DNA of 64,000 bases from Candidatus Poribacteria bacterium (GTDB lineage Bacteria > Poribacteria > WGA-4E > GCA-2687025): NCBI GenBank assembly GCA_963665845.2, contig OY762492.1, positions 1,632,001-1,696,000 on the forward strand, read 5' to 3'. Both the position numbers and the translations under genes were made by a program. The notes under the pieces are model-generated. The model was not told the DNA's origin. It saw only the letters and a list, made by a program, of their open reading frames with translations, and did not search any database. Below are positions 58,481-64,000 of the stretch, one piece after another (the stretch's first letter is position 1; the number at the start of each line of letters is the position of its first letter).

Positions 58481-59566
58481 ATGGCGGTTGTGGGCGTTGA
58501 GACGCTTAGCGGATGGGATAACCCCGTGGACCTGCGTTCCCTGGTCGATCCCGATCATCTGAGAAGTAAAATGTCGGGCGCCCAAACGGATAGCGCGGCA
58601 ATCGCTCTCATTCGCGGCATCGACAGCTTCGAAAAAGGCGATCTTGACGACGCGCTGGAGAAGGTGAACGCCGCCATAAAGCAGTTGCGCGATTATGCGC
58701 CGGCTTACGTTGTTCGTGGCTGGATCTACTTGTCAAAGGGCGATCTTAAGCGCGCATTGGCGGATTGCGTATCGGCGATAAAGCTGGACCCGAACGATGC
58801 GCATCCTTATTTCACCCGCGCTTGGATTCACTCGCGACAAGGCCGTTTCGACCTTTCCCTGGCAGACCTCTCAAAGGCGATAGAGAAGCAGCCTGATTTT
58901 GCAAAGGCGTATTCTATTCGCGCCGCTCTTCATAGACGCAACGGCGACCATAACGACGCGATCGCCGACCTCGACAAGGCGATAGAGCTGCAGCCTAATT
59001 ATCCGATGGCATATATCTTCCGCGCCATGGTGTGTCGGGAAATGGGCGATCTTGACAGTGGGATCGCCGACCTCAATAGGTCGATAGAGCTGAAGTCCGA
59101 TGATCCGACGGCGTATATGAACAGAGCCGCCCTGTACCGCGCAAAGGGCGACCTTGCTACAGCCCTTGCCGACATGAACAAGGCGGCGGAGCTCAACATG
59201 GACATCCCGCAGATCTTATTGCGGCGAGGGGGTCTTTACGCTGAAATGGGCGATCTCGACAGCTCCATCGCGGACTACACCAAGGCGGTTGAGCTGCAGC
59301 CCGATTTTGCGGAGGCGTATATCCATCGCGCCGAGATCTATCGGGCAATGGGAAACCCAGGGCGCGCCAACGAAGACATGGCAAAAGTCGCGCTGCTGAA
59401 TCCGCCCAACTACGCCCCATCGATCCCGCTGCCCGATCCGTACGGCAAAAAGAAGAAAATGACCATGTCCGCCGCAGGAAGCTGGAAAGGTCTCATTGAC
59501 GGCGAGAAGTTAATACGCGAAATCTATGAAGCGCGGAAAAACAGCCTTCGCGCGTATAAACCGTAG
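58481..59566 (+). CDS. TPR protein (~8 repeats) fused to an antitoxin-like tail (type A)
   Basis: TPRs, then KKKMTMSAAGSWKGLIDGEKLIREIYEARK; 3 bp upstream of vapC. Confidence 0.78.
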   Translation: MAVVGVETLSGWDNPVDLRSLVDPDHLRSKMSGAQTDSAAIALIRGIDSFEKGDLDDALEKVNAAIKQLRDYAPAYVVRGWIYLSKGDLKRALADCVSAIKLDPNDAHPYFTRAWIHSRQGRFDLSLADLSKAIEKQPDFAKAYSIRAALHRRNGDHNDAIADLDKAIELQPNYPMAYIFRAMVCREMGDLDSGIADLNRSIELKSDDPTAYMNRAALYRAKGDLATALADMNKAAELNMDIPQILLRRGGLYAEMGDLDSSIADYTKAVELQPDFAEAYIHRAEIYRAMGNPGRANEDMAKVALLNPPNYAPSIPLPDPYGKKKKMTMSAAGSWKGLIDGEKLIREIYEARKNSLRAYKP

Positions 59567-59569
59567 CCC

Positions 59570-59980
59570 ATGCAGTATCTGATCGATACGGATTGGGCGA
59601 TCCACTATTTAAGGGGCGCGCCGGCTGTGATTGAGCGTGTGAACGAGCTTCTGGACGACGGCATCGGAATCAGCGTCATCGCGCTTGTTGAACTTTACAG
59701 GGGCGTTCCTGCCGCACGCGATCCCCAGAGCGCTAAGCAGCATATTGAGCAGTTTGTTGCGCGCCTTGAGGTCGTCCCGCTAGACAAGCCCGCTTGCGAG
59801 ATATTTGCGAGTGAGTCCGTGAGGTTAAAATCCGCCAACAATCTCATAGACGATTATGACCTGTTGATCGGCGCGACCGCATTGAGCCGCGGCTTGACGC
59901 TGTTGACAAACAACCGCCGACACTTTAAGCGGATAGAGGGCTTGAGTATCGTTTCGGTCGATAAGCCTACCTCCTCTTGA
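59570..59980 (+). CDS. vapC: VapC/PIN toxin
   Basis: YLIDTDW, SVIALVELY, DYDLLIGATAL, LTNNRRHFKRI. Confidence 0.9.
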   Translation: MQYLIDTDWAIHYLRGAPAVIERVNELLDDGIGISVIALVELYRGVPAARDPQSAKQHIEQFVARLEVVPLDKPACEIFASESVRLKSANNLIDDYDLLIGATALSRGLTLLTNNRRHFKRIEGLSIVSVDKPTSS

Positions 59981-60069
59981 ACGGCGCCGCCCCTCCCGCT
60001 TCTTGACAACGCATAGCCGCGTCCGGCACACTTTAGGCAGCGTCGGCAAGGTTGAATGGAGGGAGTACC

Positions 60070-60594
60070 ATGGCGGTGTCAGCATCCAAGGACGCAGAAT
60101 TCTATCTGAAACGCGGTCGGCTCTACGCCGACAAGGGCAAACTGGCGCGCGCCGCCGCAGAATACGCCAAGGCGATAAAGCTGCTACCCGACGACCCGAA
60201 GGCGTATCGTCTCCGCGCAGAGGCGTATCGGGAAAAGGGCGACCTTGACCGCGCCCTTGACGACATGAACAAGGCGGCGGAGCTCAACATCTACGATGCG
60301 CAGACATTTTTACGAAGAGGACTGCTTCACAAGGAAATGGGAAGGACAGCGGACTATGAGGAAGATTTTCGAATCGCCGTTTTGCTCAACCGCGAACTGG
60401 TCAACCATGAAACGCATGGGGCGGAGTTTGCGCGTATCCTGAAAGCTGACGAGGAAGAGGAGGCGAAATGGGAAGAGACGTTCAAGCTGCCCGAATCGCA
60501 AGCCTTCTTGAAAGAGATGGCGGAAGAGGCGTTGGAGGCGCACCGTCAGGGCAAAACGAAGCCGCTTGAGTTAGAGGATTTTGACAACGCCTAG
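60070..60594 (+). CDS. TPR plus type B antitoxin tail (orphan, no toxin)
   Basis: Paralog of 48518..49033. Confidence 0.75.
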   Translation: MAVSASKDAEFYLKRGRLYADKGKLARAAAEYAKAIKLLPDDPKAYRLRAEAYREKGDLDRALDDMNKAAELNIYDAQTFLRRGLLHKEMGRTADYEEDFRIAVLLNRELVNHETHGAEFARILKADEEEEAKWEETFKLPESQAFLKEMAEEALEAHRQGKTKPLELEDFDNA

Positions 60595-60647
60595 GCGCGT
60601 CTGGCATACTTTCGGCAGCGTCGGCAAGGTTGAATGGAGAGAGTACC

Positions 60648-61337
60648 ATGGCGGTGTCGGCATCCAAGGACGCAGAATTCTATCTGAAACGCGGTCGGCT
60701 CTACGCCGACAAGGGCAAACTGGAGCGCGCCCTCGCCGATTTTGACAAGGCGATAGAGCTGCAGCCTAATTATCCGATGGCATATATCTTCCGCGCCATG
60801 GTGTATCGGGAAATGGGCGACCTTGACAGCGGGATCGCCGACCTCGACAGGTCGATAGAGCTGCAGTCCGATGATCCGACGGCGTATATGAACAGAGCCG
60901 CCCTGTACCGCGCAAAGGGCGACCTTGCTACAGCCCTTGCCGACATGAACAAGGCGGCGGAGCTCAACATGGACATCCCGCAGATCTTATTGCGGCGGGG
61001 AGGGCTTTACGCTGAAATGGGCGATCTCGACAGCTCCATCGCGGACTACACCAAGGCGGTTGAGCTGCAGCCCGATTTTGCGGAGGCGTATATCCATCGC
61101 GCCGAGATCTATCGGGCAATGGGAAACCCTGAGCGCGCCAACGAAGACATGGCAAAAGTCGCGCTGCTGAATCCGCCCAACTACGCCCCGTCGATCCCGC
61201 TGCCCGATCCGTACGGCAAAAAGAAGAAAATGACCATGTCCGCCGCAGGAAGCTGGAAAGGTCTCATTGACGGCGAGAAGTTGATACGCGAAATCTACGA
61301 AGCGCGGAAAAACAGCCTTCGCGCGTATAAACCGTAG
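60648..61337 (+). CDS. Chimeric TPR plus type A antitoxin tail
   Basis: 5' end matches the 60070 gene; the remainder is near-identical to the 3' part of the 58481 gene. Confidence 0.8.
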   Translation: MAVSASKDAEFYLKRGRLYADKGKLERALADFDKAIELQPNYPMAYIFRAMVYREMGDLDSGIADLDRSIELQSDDPTAYMNRAALYRAKGDLATALADMNKAAELNMDIPQILLRRGGLYAEMGDLDSSIADYTKAVELQPDFAEAYIHRAEIYRAMGNPERANEDMAKVALLNPPNYAPSIPLPDPYGKKKKMTMSAAGSWKGLIDGEKLIREIYEARKNSLRAYKP

Positions 61338-61340
61338 CCC

Positions 61341-61409
61341 ATGCGCTATCTGATCGATACGGAATATAGACAAGGCAAAACGAAGCCGCTTAAGTTAGAA
61401 GACCTGTAA
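61341..61409 (+). pseudogene. Deletion scar: vapC start fused to type B antitoxin end
   Basis: MRYLIDT joined to EYRQGKTKPLKLEDL*. Confidence 0.8.
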
Positions 61410-61420
61410 AGCGGAACCCG

Positions 61421-62482
61421 TCAAGGCGCATCGGCGAGAATCGTTTCAAACGGGTTTTCTTTGTTTTCAAGCGGAAGCGGCGCGATGCGGCGTATGCGCG
61501 ACGACTCATACGCCGCCATGAGTATCTCCAGCGCCGCCCGCGCGTTCTCGCCGTTCAACGGATGCGCCTCGCCGCTTTCTAGGCACTCCAGCAGATGTAT
61601 CTGCGGAGAAACGCCGCCCCGCCAGCCGCGCTCTATCGGGACAACCTCTCTCTCGGCGCCGCGCGCGATCTGCAGCTGGGGCTGACCCTCCAGCGGCGCG
61701 TCCCCGTAAATGTCCATGCGCCCCGTCTCGCCATGGAGCGCGATGTGATGGTAATTGCCGACCAGAGCCGACCCAAGCGGGCATTTCTCCGACGCAAAGC
61801 CGCCGCCCGATGTCAAACGCGCCTGAACGCCCGTCTCAAAACCGACGCGGTAGAGCGCCGCATCCTCCACCGCATGCCCCCACGCATGCCGCCCCGTGTG
61901 CGTGTCGATCTGTCCAAAAACCCACAGCGCCGCAGGGTCGCCCGCAAAATAACGAACCAGATCGATGGTGTGCGTCCCGTCCGCCAGGAGGTGCGAGCGC
62001 GGATGTCCAGACGCCGCGATCTCGCGCAGCTCCCCGATCTCCCCCGCCAGAAGCCGATCCCGCGCCGCCGCATACAGCTCCTGATACCGCCGCTGATGAC
62101 CGATGATGAGCCGAAGCCCGCGTTCTCGGCAAGCGTCCAGCATCGCGTCCGCCTCGCGCAGACACATCGCCATCGGCTTTTCACAGACGACGGCGCGCGA
62201 CACATGGGACGCCGCCAAAATCGTCATCTCGGCATGCAGCGTCTCGTTTGTACAGACGACCGCGATGTCCAAACCTTCTCGCTGAAGCATCGTCTCAAAG
62301 TCGGCGTACTGCGCGTCGGGCGGAATGCCGAACGCGGCGCCGAAACCGCTCAACGCCTCCGGGACGATGTCGCAGCAGGCGGCGAGGCGGACGCGCGCGT
62401 CTCGGGCGAATTCGCGGGCGTGGTAATACGCAATGCGCATTCCGCCCACGCCCACAAATCCGACGCGCAAGGGGGCGGACAT
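61421..62482 (-). CDS. Gfo/Idh/MocA oxidoreductase
   Basis: GFVGVGG, CEKPMA, HQRRY, GTHTIDL. Confidence 0.9.
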   Translation of the reverse strand: MSAPLRVGFVGVGGMRIAYYHAREFARDARVRLAACCDIVPEALSGFGAAFGIPPDAQYADFETMLQREGLDIAVVCTNETLHAEMTILAASHVSRAVVCEKPMAMCLREADAMLDACRERGLRLIIGHQRRYQELYAAARDRLLAGEIGELREIAASGHPRSHLLADGTHTIDLVRYFAGDPAALWVFGQIDTHTGRHAWGHAVEDAALYRVGFETGVQARLTSGGGFASEKCPLGSALVGNYHHIALHGETGRMDIYGDAPLEGQPQLQIARGAEREVVPIERGWRGGVSPQIHLLECLESGEAHPLNGENARAALEILMAAYESSRIRRIAPLPLENKENPFETILADAP

Positions 62483-62498
62483 CTTCAACCCCCTCGGT

Positions 62499-63608
62499 TC
62501 AGTCTTCTTCAGGCGGCAGCGGATGCGGAATGACCAGCTCACCGCCTTTTTCATGCGACTCGATGGCGGCGAAGGTGTACTCCAGCGCGGCGAGCGCGTC
62601 CCGCCCCGACCCGCGCAGCTGACTCTTCGGAACGCCGTTCGTCACATCTTCCAAAAAGGCATGGATGCGGTTTGGAAAAGTGCTGCCGAAGTCGGTCGTG
62701 CCGGAATGCGACACAACGGGCGCGCCGTTCTCTCCTTCAGCGATCTCCGCCGGACGCCCCGGTCCGCGCGGGTTATGCGCCTTCCAGTAGCTCACCTTTT
62801 CGACGCAGTTTTCCACAAAGAAGGAGCCTTTCGTCCCGCCGACTTCGATGCTCCACCAGCCGCCGGGGCCGTGCGAGGCGTCCCCGCGCTGGCTCAACAG
62901 GTAGCCGACCCCCTTGTTCGCAAAACGAACGTGGATGCTGACCGTTGAGAGGACAGGGTCGTTCACCTCTTCTCTGAAGGTCGGGCGGTCAAGATACGCC
63001 TGAACATGCGTGATGTCGCCGCAGAAGTGCCGCATGACGCTGAACGGATGCGTCATAAACGCCTTCATATGAAAATACGGGAAGCCGCCTGTGTTGCCGC
63101 CTGCCGCGGGCGTGTATTTGCTTTCGCCGCCCTGGAAGCCCATCTTTGCGACGCAGAAGACCAGCTCGCCGACCTCGCCGTCGTCGATATACTGCTTGGC
63201 GCGTTCGCAGGGCTGAGTGAAGAAATGGTTGACGTTGCATGCGAGATAGACGCCTTTTTCGGTCGCTTTGGCGACCATCAAGCGCCCTTCTTCGATCTCG
63301 TTGGAGAGCGGTTTTTCGACAAGGACATGCTTGCCCGCTTCGAGCGCTTCCATTGCAGGTTCAAAGTGCCAGCCGCCGTTTTCGGGTCCGCCTGTGCAGA
63401 CATCGACGATGTCCAGGTCCGGTTCGCCGTCCAGCATGTCCTGAACGGAGTAGTACGCCTTGACGCCGTGCCGTTCGGCGGCGGCGTCGGCGCGGTCTTT
63501 GACGATGTCGCAGACGGCTTGGAGGTTCGCCAGTTCGTTGTTGCTGTGCGCGTTGGCGTGGGAGCCTCCGATGCCCCGCATCCCGACAACGCCTACATTC
63601 AATGCCAT
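62499..63608 (-). CDS. Gfo/Idh/MocA oxidoreductase
   Basis: GVVGMRGIG, VEKPLS. Confidence 0.9.
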   Translation of the reverse strand: MALNVGVVGMRGIGGSHANAHSNNELANLQAVCDIVKDRADAAAERHGVKAYYSVQDMLDGEPDLDIVDVCTGGPENGGWHFEPAMEALEAGKHVLVEKPLSNEIEEGRLMVAKATEKGVYLACNVNHFFTQPCERAKQYIDDGEVGELVFCVAKMGFQGGESKYTPAAGGNTGGFPYFHMKAFMTHPFSVMRHFCGDITHVQAYLDRPTFREEVNDPVLSTVSIHVRFANKGVGYLLSQRGDASHGPGGWWSIEVGGTKGSFFVENCVEKVSYWKAHNPRGPGRPAEIAEGENGAPVVSHSGTTDFGSTFPNRIHAFLEDVTNGVPKSQLRGSGRDALAALEYTFAAIESHEKGGELVIPHPLPPEED

Positions 63609-63704
63609 TCGAATCCTTTCGCGTTGTGATTATTGAGCATATCGTATCGATTTGGGAGCGGCGCGTCAAGTAACCCAATGACGGCGGGTAGGGCGCGAGG
63701 TTTC

Positions 63705-63762
63705 TGGACTCCCCCCTTGAAAAGGGGGGCTGGGGGGGTTTTGGCTCCGCGCCTGGAATGAC
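63705..63762 (+). repeat. REP-A
   Basis: CTCCCCCCTTGAAAAGGGGGGCTGGGGGGGTT. Confidence 0.8.
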
Positions 63763-63893
63763 GAGGCGCCGATTCAAACAGGATTTTCGTACATCATCGC
63801 CTATAGAGACTGTCCGCCGGCGCAACCCCTTGACTTTGCGCCCCATTGTCGATACACTTATGCAACGACATCACACGCGAGAATAATCCATGA

Positions 63894-64000
63894 ATGCAGC
63901 CCGCAATGACGCATGAGGACGCCTGCAAAGTCTTAGGCATACCTGTTGACGCCAATCTCAACACGGCGAGAGCGGCGTATCGGAAACTTGCAAGACAGCA
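63894..64000 (+). CDS. J-domain (DnaJ-like) protein, N-terminal part (runs off window edge)
   Basis: Manual translation MQPAMTHEDACKVLGIPVDANLNTARAAYRKLARQ..; the HPD motif would lie just beyond the edge. Confidence 0.7.
   Translation, partial: MQPAMTHEDACKVLGIPVDANLNTARAAYRKLARQ

Noticed and set aside
46572-61337. Diversity-generating retroelement (Avd-like gene plus near-identical repeats)
   Set aside because: There is no reverse transcriptase in the window, and mismatches between the duplicated TPR or nuclease segments are not adenine-specific.
25925-61409. tRNA-anchored integrative element or prophage
   Set aside because: No integrase, no duplicated tRNA 3' end and no phage structural genes were seen, and housekeeping dapB lies in between.

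Overview
A high-GC bacterial chromosomal window. The gene content (PhyH, several Gfo/Idh/MocA, WD40/TPR/ankyrin proteins, DUF2961) is reminiscent of sponge-symbiont lineages such as Poribacteria, but this is inference only. It contains housekeeping and metabolic genes (dnaK, msrB, dgoD, alaS, tRNA-Leu(GAG), dapB) and a Fur-box-marked heme/iron locus at the left edge. There are two defence regions. The first (26.4-31.5 kb) is a tandem array of four HsdR_N-type nuclease paralogs with variable C-termini, divergent from a DUF5131 radical-SAM gene. The second (39.3-61.4 kb) holds a type III R-M system, a PLD-SNF2 helicase plus type IIG-like methyltransferase, an IS1595 element and many toxin-antitoxin cassettes. 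The main unusual features are: (1) an inverted-repeat-flanked four-helix-bundle (IVS/Avd-like) gene nested in the +1 frame inside the type III mod gene, with the mod frame left open; (2) antitoxin tails of unrelated TA families fused to TPR or long helical N-terminal domains and shuffled by recombination; (3) REP/MITE palindromes that sit at gene-truncation breakpoints and act as insertion targets.
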